The notes under the pieces are model-generated. The model had not been told where the DNA came from, made no database searches, and was given only the letters and a program-made list of their open reading frames with translations. DNA of 64,000 nt, from the IMG/VR virus record IMGVR_UViG_3300037521_000345, positions 1 through 64,000 of that record; one strand, written 5' to 3'. This document shows positions 39,201 to 45,541 of this stretch, one piece after another (the stretch's first letter is position 1; each line of letters opens with the position of its first letter). The DNA comes from a virus. The translations under genes and the position numbers were made by a program.

Positions 39201-40345
39201 ACCCTCTAATAAGAAAGACAGCAGGTGAAATTGAAGAACTATTAGGATTTCAAGAAGAAGAGGAAGAAGGAGTTGATGTATATGAGGGTCAAATAATTAC
39301 AAAAAGTCCAGGTGGTCATGTTGTTGATATTGACGTATTTTCTAATATTGATATAGATTCTTTTCCTTCCATTAAAAAGTTAGTTGAAAGAACTAATAAA
39401 AAATATAAAAAACCTACTAAAGAAAAATTTACAACTAGAGGGGTTTCAATTAAAGGGATATTAATTATATTTAGAATTGAACAAGAGTTAAAAATTGGAG
39501 TGGGAGATAAACTCTGTAACCGATATGGAAATAAAGGTATTATATCTTTAGTTCAAAAAGATGAATTAATGCCAAGAACACCTTGGGGTGAAACAGTTGA
39601 TATTATTATGAATCCTCTTGGAGTTACTGGTCGAATGAATATAGGTCAAATATATGAATTGTATTGTGGTCTTATCTCTAAAGAAGTAGCAAATAGAATG
39701 GTTAAATTGAGCAAAGCTCAAGGCATTGCATTGATGAAAGCTGTAATAACAAGACTTGATAATACAAAAAATAAAAAAATTAGTACATCATTGATTGCTA
39801 CAATGACTGCAATGAGCGATGTAAAATATAAAAAGATGTTAGAGCAAATTCAAAAAGATAAGTTTATACCAATAGTTATTCCTCCATTTCAATCTCCTAA
39901 ACATAAAAGTATTTTAGAAGTATTAAAATTATTAAAATTAAAAACAGGATATAAATTAAAACTTCCAGAGTATAATACAAAAACTCAAAATGCGGTTCCA
40001 TTTGGATATGAATATGTTTCTAAATTAGAACATATTTCAGATGCTAAATTACATGCTAGATCAACTGGTCCAACAACTGGAAAAGTTGGTCAACCAACTG
40101 CTGGTAAAAGAAAAGAGGGTGGGCAAAGAATAGGAGAAGGAGATACATGGGCATTAACAAGTTATAATTGTCCTACAATATTATCTGAACTCTTTGGACC
40201 TATGTCTGATGACTTTGTATCTAAAAATGAAATGATGTCAGAAATTATACAAAATGGAAGAACAGATTTTAAAGAAACAAAAATGTCTCCAACTAGAGAT
40301 TTATTAAAAGCATATTTTATTTCTTTAATGCTAGGAGGTCAATAA
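36281..40345 (+). CDS. rpoB: phage multisubunit RNA polymerase beta subunit with N-terminal extension
   Basis: GTFRVNG, DTAEGGNIG, GYNFEDG, GDKLCNRYGNKG, MNPLGVTGRMNIGQ, KLEH, GGQRIGE. Confidence 0.95.
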   Translation: MIKFQSLVQYSRVVDGVRFFSDKDRPFVLFYFSENSTLYEDYPKMNLRRIDARYIVVPITQIPVSRLTGDQRKVYKSFGLLPFQSNQVYPLNANIIFDTSKYVSLIDKMYKPTTYRQRAGFLLNNFLYKSFNSFPDNYEKVLIYTVDVNKPINSFINRKIFPILRTMKGDEISFDHMLMALIGESSTRYRLLVKDRNYKFARVSQYIRKVKMISSDDEKEQEVKTATNSFDEKDSKVKTAIQNYLNKNAKDLEKVSNNELDKTERDRLTIASILYKLTGDFQKSQRLAKAIPKKSIKTATEKISRLYKDDLLTGEKAVSLSESYIVQGINVSRVVQNKTPEHIFDKRRIDFQTNLKKDMSNAFKVLEKGNVPIKFNSFKITHKKGRAGELKKSDVSIITVSITDAAGKNQTFEFEIPQIDPDSGTFRVNGQRKCLINQIVLTPISFPKPYDSKFESSYARFHIYSKKTKRLSYLEAYMGSFRLPLMILLSYCFGFEKTVKKLGLQYEIVKDKPNKDVVFTEVPSSYMVFKNLDTDLKKEMVTSFTHAKINQYNIKKDFLSKDYFVELIIQMTGRVDSTYLINNNIDYIVDPVAKQILVNQLLPYKLEDIMHYMATKSVDGYVQERNDIKYQRIRNSEILVHLAQKQFLSSYTEYKEQFLSGNKDAKFNFPPGVILSQFTNLEIVQNMEYANPVEEMATITKISPVGKTVGGIPDKEGLNLQARNVHRSYFGNIDPVDTAEGGNIGVTQQLTVDAYLTSSRGLFGIKDLKNDEGAGILSTTLSMVPFIENNEGARMIMAGNQGKQMLPLKNPEPPIVQTGYESLLSNVLSNNFIKRSPCAGKVTKITGDFIEIACNKGSKKKVVITPVQLKSGAGKNTLSTFKPSVEVGQSVKNKQVIAEGSCISGGTISLGRNLATCYMPYQGYNFEDGLVINERLVSDDKLTSLHGIDVEATVDRKDRILHIIDIGAKTKKGDPLIRKTAGEIEELLGFQEEEEEGVDVYEGQIITKSPGGHVVDIDVFSNIDIDSFPSIKKLVERTNKKYKKPTKEKFTTRGVSIKGILIIFRIEQELKIGVGDKLCNRYGNKGIISLVQKDELMPRTPWGETVDIIMNPLGVTGRMNIGQIYELYCGLISKEVANRMVKLSKAQGIALMKAVITRLDNTKNKKISTSLIATMTAMSDVKYKKMLEQIQKDKFIPIVIPPFQSPKHKSILEVLKLLKLKTGYKLKLPEYNTKTQNAVPFGYEYVSKLEHISDAKLHARSTGPTTGKVGQPTAGKRKEGGQRIGEGDTWALTSYNCPTILSELFGPMSDDFVSKNEMMSEIIQNGRTDFKETKMSPTRDLLKAYFISLMLGGQ

Positions 40346-40941
40346 TGAGTGGGTTAGAAGCTTTATGCGGTGATTTAATCATTCCACCTGAAATGGATAA
40401 CTATGAAGAAGATGTTGATAAATATCATGATCTCGCCAGTTTCAGGTATGCTGCTCTTGATATAATAAATGTAGTTGGAAAAATTGACTTTAAAGAACTA
40501 TATATTGTTCAAATGGATACTATTAAAAAACAAACAATGTATGTACAGAGAGTATTTCTTATTGAAATGCTACAAAAGATAAGTGAAATTTATGATTGGG
40601 AATTTCCTGATGAATGGAGTTTAGTTGATACTTCATATCAACAAGAACAATTATATAAGTTTATAGAATTTATTGAATTTGATAATTATAGATTTTTATC
40701 CTACGTTTGGAGATTTTTATTAGATGATACTACTAAACTTATAAGATTCGATATTGATAATTTTTGTAAAAAAAATGTTATGAAGATAATTAAAGAGACA
40801 GAAGAACAGTTAGAAACTCATTTTCAAAGCAAGATGATTACTATTTTTCTTAGAACATATTACAAAGAGAAGTTCATTGAATGGTTTAGTTTAATGAGTA
40901 GGAGATATAAAGTAGAAATAATTTCTGAACTTTATGAATAA
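40345..40941 (+). CDS. hypothetical protein
   Basis: 198 aa, coupled to rpoB. Confidence 0.7.
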   Translation: MSGLEALCGDLIIPPEMDNYEEDVDKYHDLASFRYAALDIINVVGKIDFKELYIVQMDTIKKQTMYVQRVFLIEMLQKISEIYDWEFPDEWSLVDTSYQQEQLYKFIEFIEFDNYRFLSYVWRFLLDDTTKLIRFDIDNFCKKNVMKIIKETEEQLETHFQSKMITIFLRTYYKEKFIEWFSLMSRRYKVEIISELYE

Positions 40942-40953
40942 AAGGAGAAAAGA

Positions 40954-41211
40954 ATGGGAGAAGCAACAATTACAATTAAAAAGGGAGTGGTTGTCTTAAA
41001 AGCTCCAAAATCTGAATTAATCGAAGTATCTGAAACTCATGACGGTATAGCTTTTAACTTCAAACGTGGACTACAATTGTATCAAGTTGAACAATATATG
41101 CCATCACATATTAAACAACTTATTAAGAATACAACTGATTCATTTGAAGGAAATAATATCATTATAGATTTAGATGATGCAAAGAAACCAATTATGGTTG
41201 ACGCTACTTAA
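40954..41211 (+). CDS. hypothetical protein
   Basis: 85 aa, AGGAG SD. Confidence 0.7.
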   Translation: MGEATITIKKGVVVLKAPKSELIEVSETHDGIAFNFKRGLQLYQVEQYMPSHIKQLIKNTTDSFEGNNIIIDLDDAKKPIMVDAT

Positions 41212-41230
41212 TTCATTTTAAAAAATACAT

Positions 41231-41246
41231 CTATATATATTAATAA
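41231..41246 (+). promoter_or_regulatory. recurring phage promoter-like motif A CTATATATATTAATAA
   Basis: Exact copy about 30 nt upstream of the RNA array. Confidence 0.7.
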
Positions 41247-41274
41247 CTGATAAAGAGAAAATTGTTTAGTTTTT

Positions 41275-41387
41275 AAGTTCTAAGAAGACTTTATGTGATT
41301 CCAGAGCTGTGTTGGTACAGCATCATACTATAAATGTGAAGTCAGGGTTCGAGTCCCTCATATTACATTTCTTACTTCTTAGAATTT
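41275..41387 (+). ncRNA. array unit 1: Y-RNA-like scaffold carrying tRNA-like D/anticodon(ATA)/T arms
   Basis: TTCTAAGAAG/CTTCTTAGAA outer stem; ATGTGAT/ATTACAT inner stem; GCTG-TGTTGGTA-CAGC, TCATA-CTATAAA-TGTGA, AGGG-TTCGAGT-CCCT. Confidence 0.75.
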
Positions 41388-41397
41388 TTATTTTTTA

Positions 41398-41503
41398 TCT
41401 GGAAAGACTTTATGTGATTTCCGAGCTGTGTTGGTACAGCATCTTACTATTAATAAGAAGCAAGGGTTCAACTCCCTGTAACTTACATCTGCTACTTTCC
41501 AGA
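41398..41503 (+). ncRNA. array unit 2: same scaffold with tRNA-like D/anticodon(ATT)/T arms
   Basis: TCTGGAAAG/CTTTCCAGA; ATGTGA/TTACAT; GCTG-TGTTGGTA-CAGC, TCTTA-CTATTAA-TAAGA, AGGG-TTCAACT-CCCT. Confidence 0.75.
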
Positions 41504-41514
41504 CCTATCAAAAT

Positions 41515-41580
41515 TTTCTAAGAAGACTTTGTGTAATTCCAGATCGATGCATCCAAATTACACCTATTACTTCTTAGAAA
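41515..41580 (+). ncRNA. array unit 3: short scaffold RNA
   Basis: TTTCTAAGAAG/CTTCTTAGAAA; GTGTAATT/AATTACAC; CCAGA motif. Confidence 0.7.
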
Positions 41581-41590
41581 CACAACTTTC

Positions 41591-41690
41591 AGATGAGAAG
41601 ACTATATGTGGTTTCAGAATACAGAAGCAAGTGTTTAATACACACTTAGTCCTTGTAATACCTTTGTCCTACATAAACTACTTCTCATCT
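41591..41690 (+). ncRNA. array unit 4: scaffold RNA with internal hairpin
   Basis: AGATGAGAAG/CTTCTCATCT; TATGTGG/CTACATA; TCAGA; AAGTGT-TTAATAC-ACACTT hairpin. Confidence 0.7.
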
Positions 41691-41697
41691 CATTTTT

Positions 41698-41762
41698 CCT
41701 GAAAGACTTTTTGTAATTTCAGATTTATTGGAAAATCATCAATTACAATTACTACTTTCAGG
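41698..41762 (+). ncRNA. array unit 5: short scaffold RNA
   Basis: CCTGAAAG/CTTTCAGG; TTGTAATT/AATTACAA; TCAGA. Confidence 0.7.
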
Positions 41763-41770
41763 TTTTACTT

Positions 41771-41837
41771 TGTGGGGTCACTCAGTATAGAAAAAAACCT
41801 ATTCGGGGTTCTAAACCTATACTAATAGTACCCCACA
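41771..41837 (+). ncRNA. array unit 6: sequence-divergent hairpin with same geometry
   Basis: TGTGGGGT/ACCCCACA, 5x6 internal loop, AGTATAG/CTATACT, apical AACC/GGTT hairpin. Confidence 0.55.
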
Positions 41838-41845
41838 TCTTTTCT

Positions 41846-41904
41846 AAATGGACTTAATGTGATTTCAGACCTGCATAGTGTTAAGATTACATTTACTTCC
41901 ATTT
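41846..41904 (+). ncRNA. array unit 7: short scaffold RNA
   Basis: AAATGG/CCATTT; ACTT; AATGTGATT/GATTACATT; TCAGA. Confidence 0.65.
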
Positions 41905-42001
41905 TTTTGAAAGGAAATTGATGAAAGATTCTTTTATTCTAAAACATTGGTTATAATTGCTTTACGTCGTCAGAAACATTTAAAGGGAAAGGAGATCTAA
42001 A

Positions 42002-43513
42002 GTGCCAGGAGAGTTAGGATTAATTGATTCAGGTATATTGCAGTTTGCTCCAAAGGGAGCTTATTATGAAGGAAAAGATGAGCAATATAATGCCATCAAT
42101 AGCATGTGGGAAAGTCTATTTAAATATGATAGAACTTTATTTTCTTTGCTAATGTTGTTAAATGGAACAGGTTTTGCAAAGGGATCAATGTCTCACATCT
42201 TATTATCGAATCCATTAGAGGAATCCAAACTTCCAGTATTAGATAACCTACCTTCCCATTTTGAGAAGGATATTATAAACTATGCTCTTTATAAGGAGAG
42301 AACTCCAAGAGCATTGAAAAATTTATTAATGTTAACAGGAGCAGAAGGGCACAGTAAAGTTAATAATTCTAGAACAAGAAAAATGATTTTAGAATTTATA
42401 TTCAATCGAGATAATAATAATCTTGATAATCTTGCTGTGAATTATAAAGGCAAACTTCAAACGCTGATTACACATGCTCTTGGAAAACAAGATCTAGCAA
42501 AAATTCTTGGTGGTGACAAAAAATCATTTGAAAAATTCATTGGAAAATATAATAGACATTCTTTTCCTGTAGTTCTTCATATATTCAATATGGATATTCC
42601 AACTGTGGGAGCTTACTTTCCAATGATTGAAAAATATTATAAACTTCGAAACGCAGCACAAGAGAAAAATATTACAGAATTTAAAAAATTAATGAAGGGC
42701 ATGCCAGAAAGAACAGTCATGGGTATGAGGAATTTATATAAAGTTAACATTCCTATATCTGAATTAAAAGATGAAACTACCAAATCACAAAAGGATAGAA
42801 TTCAAGGACAGGCAGCAGCTAAAAGAGCTGGAACAAAGATAGATATTGATTATAAAAAACAAGATATCTATGACTTATTTAAATTTCTATATTTTAAAAT
42901 CAAAAACAATGATGGTGAGGATTTTAATAAAATATTATATGCCATTGATCACGTTGCAGGCAAACTTCCTAAAATAGATATTGGAGAATGTGTAGTAGTT
43001 ATGGATGCTTCACATTCAATGATGGGAAGTGATGAAAGACCAATGCATCCATTTCTAACTGGACTATCTATTACTGCAACTCTCAAAAATATAAGAGAGT
43101 ATATATATGTTGGAGGAGAAACAGCTAAAATGGAAGGTAATGATTTTCCAGAAATTGTAGTTCCTTGCAATAGTACAGATTTATGGAGAGGATTGATCAA
43201 AGCTGTTAAAACAGGTGTTGAAAATATAGTTATCATTTCAGATGGTTATGAAAACACCATCAAAGGAATGTTCAAACACGTATATGATCACTTAAAAAAG
43301 AATGGATATAAGTTCAAAGTAACTCATATCAATCCTGTATTTTCAGCTTCATCTGTTAATGGTTCAACAAGAAAATTAGCAGATGATATTAAATCTATGC
43401 CAGTAGGAAACTATAAGTATTTAGAAACAGAAGTTATTTTTTCTAGACTTGTAGAGGATAAGGAAATGGTTAAAAAAATATTAATCTCAAAATATAGAAA
43501 TTTACTTCAATAA
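42002..43513 (+). CDS. vWA-domain protein with helical N-terminus, Ro60/TROVE-like
   Basis: GTG start with AAGGAG SD; C-terminal MIDAS VVMDASHSM...STDL...IISDGYEN; 503 aa and architecture like Ro60 (TROVE identity inferred). Confidence 0.65.
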   Translation: MPGELGLIDSGILQFAPKGAYYEGKDEQYNAINSMWESLFKYDRTLFSLLMLLNGTGFAKGSMSHILLSNPLEESKLPVLDNLPSHFEKDIINYALYKERTPRALKNLLMLTGAEGHSKVNNSRTRKMILEFIFNRDNNNLDNLAVNYKGKLQTLITHALGKQDLAKILGGDKKSFEKFIGKYNRHSFPVVLHIFNMDIPTVGAYFPMIEKYYKLRNAAQEKNITEFKKLMKGMPERTVMGMRNLYKVNIPISELKDETTKSQKDRIQGQAAAKRAGTKIDIDYKKQDIYDLFKFLYFKIKNNDGEDFNKILYAIDHVAGKLPKIDIGECVVVMDASHSMMGSDERPMHPFLTGLSITATLKNIREYIYVGGETAKMEGNDFPEIVVPCNSTDLWRGLIKAVKTGVENIVIISDGYENTIKGMFKHVYDHLKKNGYKFKVTHINPVFSASSVNGSTRKLADDIKSMPVGNYKYLETEVIFSRLVEDKEMVKKILISKYRNLLQ

Positions 43514-43530
43514 AGGGAGGATCCAAAAAT

Positions 43531-44502
43531 ATGTCAATATTGAAAACATTAGGATTTACAAATCTTAATGCTGGAACCGTTCAAGTTGTGGATGAAATGA
43601 CAGTAGTGCCCTTAATTAGTGAAGATTTAGGACAAGTTGCTGAACCATTTTCATTGAAATTCAGACGAACAAACACTTATGGTTCCATGATTTATGAGAA
43701 TTTAGATAAGGAATCTCCTGCGATCATTCCCAATAATATTATGGTGAGAGGATTGAGTGCACAGGATCACGCAATGGCAGGATCAGGAGTGGTTAAAGCT
43801 GAAAAATCAAAAACATTCAATAATGCTTGCTGTATTGAATCAAGTCAAGGTGGATATCTAGGTGAAGAAAATAATGAATATGATATCTTGCCTGTTCAGC
43901 TTCGTAAGAAACTTATTCCATTAGATATAAGAAATAAAAAAAGTTATGATAAATTATGGCCAGAAATTACAGCATGGTTGAAAGGTACTATTGATGTATC
44001 TCCTCGTTTCTCAAGTGCCCATCTAAGATATTTCTATGATGATCCTGAAATAAAGAAATCTCTTGAAACATTCTCCGCTGAATTTGAACCTGTATTAAAT
44101 CAAATCGGTGCTATTATATTATTTACAGATAACATTGTTGGTATAGAAGTTATGCCAACTCTTTCACATTGGTATTATTACTGGAAATTATTAATTCGTG
44201 GATGTTATGGAGCTGAATTATTAAGACGTAAAAAATTAAATATAATTAAACCAGCTAAATTGAAACTTCCAAAACTTCCAAAAGATATTGATCAGATATC
44301 TTTAGTTGGCGATACTTATACAGATGGTATTCGTCAAAACATTATTAAAAAATTAGACACTATTAATTTGAAAACAACTTCAACTATTATAGAAAAAGTT
44401 GAAGATATTAATATTATATTATTAAACAGTGAATCAGGTGGTAGCGGTGGAGATTTGATTACTCAAAAAGATAAACCAATATATCTTTCTATAGTGATGT
44501 AA
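43531..44502 (+). CDS. ARPP/DUF6569-like protein
   Basis: N-terminal Q...MTVVPL, AQDH, CCIESSQGG, NQIGAII...VGIEV pattern recalled for this family. Confidence 0.5.
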   Translation: MSILKTLGFTNLNAGTVQVVDEMTVVPLISEDLGQVAEPFSLKFRRTNTYGSMIYENLDKESPAIIPNNIMVRGLSAQDHAMAGSGVVKAEKSKTFNNACCIESSQGGYLGEENNEYDILPVQLRKKLIPLDIRNKKSYDKLWPEITAWLKGTIDVSPRFSSAHLRYFYDDPEIKKSLETFSAEFEPVLNQIGAIILFTDNIVGIEVMPTLSHWYYYWKLLIRGCYGAELLRRKKLNIIKPAKLKLPKLPKDIDQISLVGDTYTDGIRQNIIKKLDTINLKTTSTIIEKVEDINIILLNSESGGSGGDLITQKDKPIYLSIVM

Positions 44503-44669
44503 TGGATAATCAAGAACTTGAGAGACTAATCAAAAAAATAAGGAGAAGATTAGTGGCATTTATACAAAGTCCATCTACTGCTCCTAAAATCATCGTCGCT
44601 ATCGCTCAAGCGTGTGGAATAAAAATCCCACTCGAAGTTGAGAAGAAATACGATTCTAAAGAATCCTAA
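44502..44669 (+). CDS. small hypothetical protein (55 aa), not in ORF track
   Basis: TAATG coupling to 43531 gene; MDNQELERLIKKIRRRLVAFIQSPSTAPKIIVAIAQACGIKIPLEVEKKYDSKES. Confidence 0.6.
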   Translation: MDNQELERLIKKIRRRLVAFIQSPSTAPKIIVAIAQACGIKIPLEVEKKYDSKES

Positions 44670-44864
44670 AAGAACCACCCTGATTGTTTCGATGATCTGT
44701 GGTATTCGCTTTTAGTCTTTATGGTTCATATGAACCCTAAAAGACGCACCCCTGTCATTTCGGTGACCTGTGGTATTTGCTTTTAGTTATTAATTTTAGT
44801 TATTAATTTAACTATTATTAAGACTATTAGCAAATACCACAGGTCATTGGAATGGCAGGGGTGC
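44665..44864. repeat. two 52-bp direct repeats plus an inverted third copy and a 14-bp palindrome
   Basis: Copy A 44665-44716, copy B 44736-44787, inverted copy 44829-44864; GGTTCATATGAACC at 44723-44736. Confidence 0.85.
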
Positions 44865-44917
44865 TATTTAATCTTCTGTTTTGTTGTTCTAAATTTTTTT
44901 ACATTGGGAGCTAATTA

Positions 44918-45517
44918 ATGAGTTTATTAAATGATAGATACATGCGAAGAGTTTCAACTGAAAGATATATTGAACAATTAGGAGCAGAGGTTTATCCTGT
45001 TGCACTTATTAAATTTTTATTAAATAAAAGAAGAATTATGAGTTATTTTTTGGAAGCAATAGATCAAAATTTCAATCCAAAGTTTAAATTCGATTTAGAT
45101 ACCGAGAATTGCGAAGGATGTAAAATGAGAAAAGATGAAGGACTACTTTGTCGCCAACATACATCAATTCGTAGAGTGTTGAATGCTAATTCAGTTGCAT
45201 TTGATTTGGATACATATACTTATCTTTATCAAAATGAAATCTATCGAATGATTGAAAATAAATTAGTAATTATTTACTGTCCACATCCTAAATTAATATC
45301 AGGAGACATAACAGATTCAAAAGTAAGAAGGATAAATCCTATAACAGTTGAGGATCCAAAATTACAAAATCTTCCAATATATAATAAAGTTTGTAATTTT
45401 ATATCATCAGAATTATTAGATGTACATATGAGTTGTTGGTTTAATAATGAATTTACAATAGTGACAATACCCGCAGATAGACATGGGCAAAACTGGTGCC
45501 TGTTTCCAAACAGGTAA
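44918..45517 (+). CDS. hypothetical protein with CxxC...CxxH motif
   Basis: 199 aa, CEGC...LCRQH. Confidence 0.7.
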   Translation: MSLLNDRYMRRVSTERYIEQLGAEVYPVALIKFLLNKRRIMSYFLEAIDQNFNPKFKFDLDTENCEGCKMRKDEGLLCRQHTSIRRVLNANSVAFDLDTYTYLYQNEIYRMIENKLVIIYCPHPKLISGDITDSKVRRINPITVEDPKLQNLPIYNKVCNFISSELLDVHMSCWFNNEFTIVTIPADRHGQNWCLFPNR

Positions 45518-45541
45518 AACTTAATAGGAGGAAAGAGAACT

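Noticed and set aside
14488-40345. Inteins or introns in RNR, RecA or RNAP genes
   Set aside because: ORFs are uninterrupted, of expected or reduced size, and no intein terminal motifs were seen.
33231-40345. Cellular (bacterial chromosome) origin of the window based on rpoB/rpoC
   Set aside because: Reversed gene order, no ribosomal protein neighbours, and surrounding neck, baseplate and T4-like replication genes indicate a phage.
41301-41480. Functional tRNA-Tyr and tRNA-Asn genes
   Set aside because: No 7-bp acceptor stem or CCA, U8/A14 missing, 4-bp T stem and atypical A34 anticodons; treated as tRNA-like modules instead.
41309-41521. 70-aa ORF in the ORF track
   Set aside because: No SD, overlaps the structured RNA units, and its sequence just mirrors the repeats.
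41275-41904. CRISPR array
   Set aside because: Repeats are not identical direct repeats with uniform spacers; conserved halves base-pair around variable inserts of very different lengths; no cas operon in the window.
41275-41904. Series of intrinsic terminators or K-turn motifs
   Set aside because: The conserved internal loop and large cargos are not terminator-like, most units lack a proper U-tract, and there are no tandem G-A pairs for a K-turn.
41921-41956. 11-codon mini-ORF (MKDSFILKHWL) with AAGGA upstream
   Set aside because: Too short to support without conservation or ribosome-profiling data.
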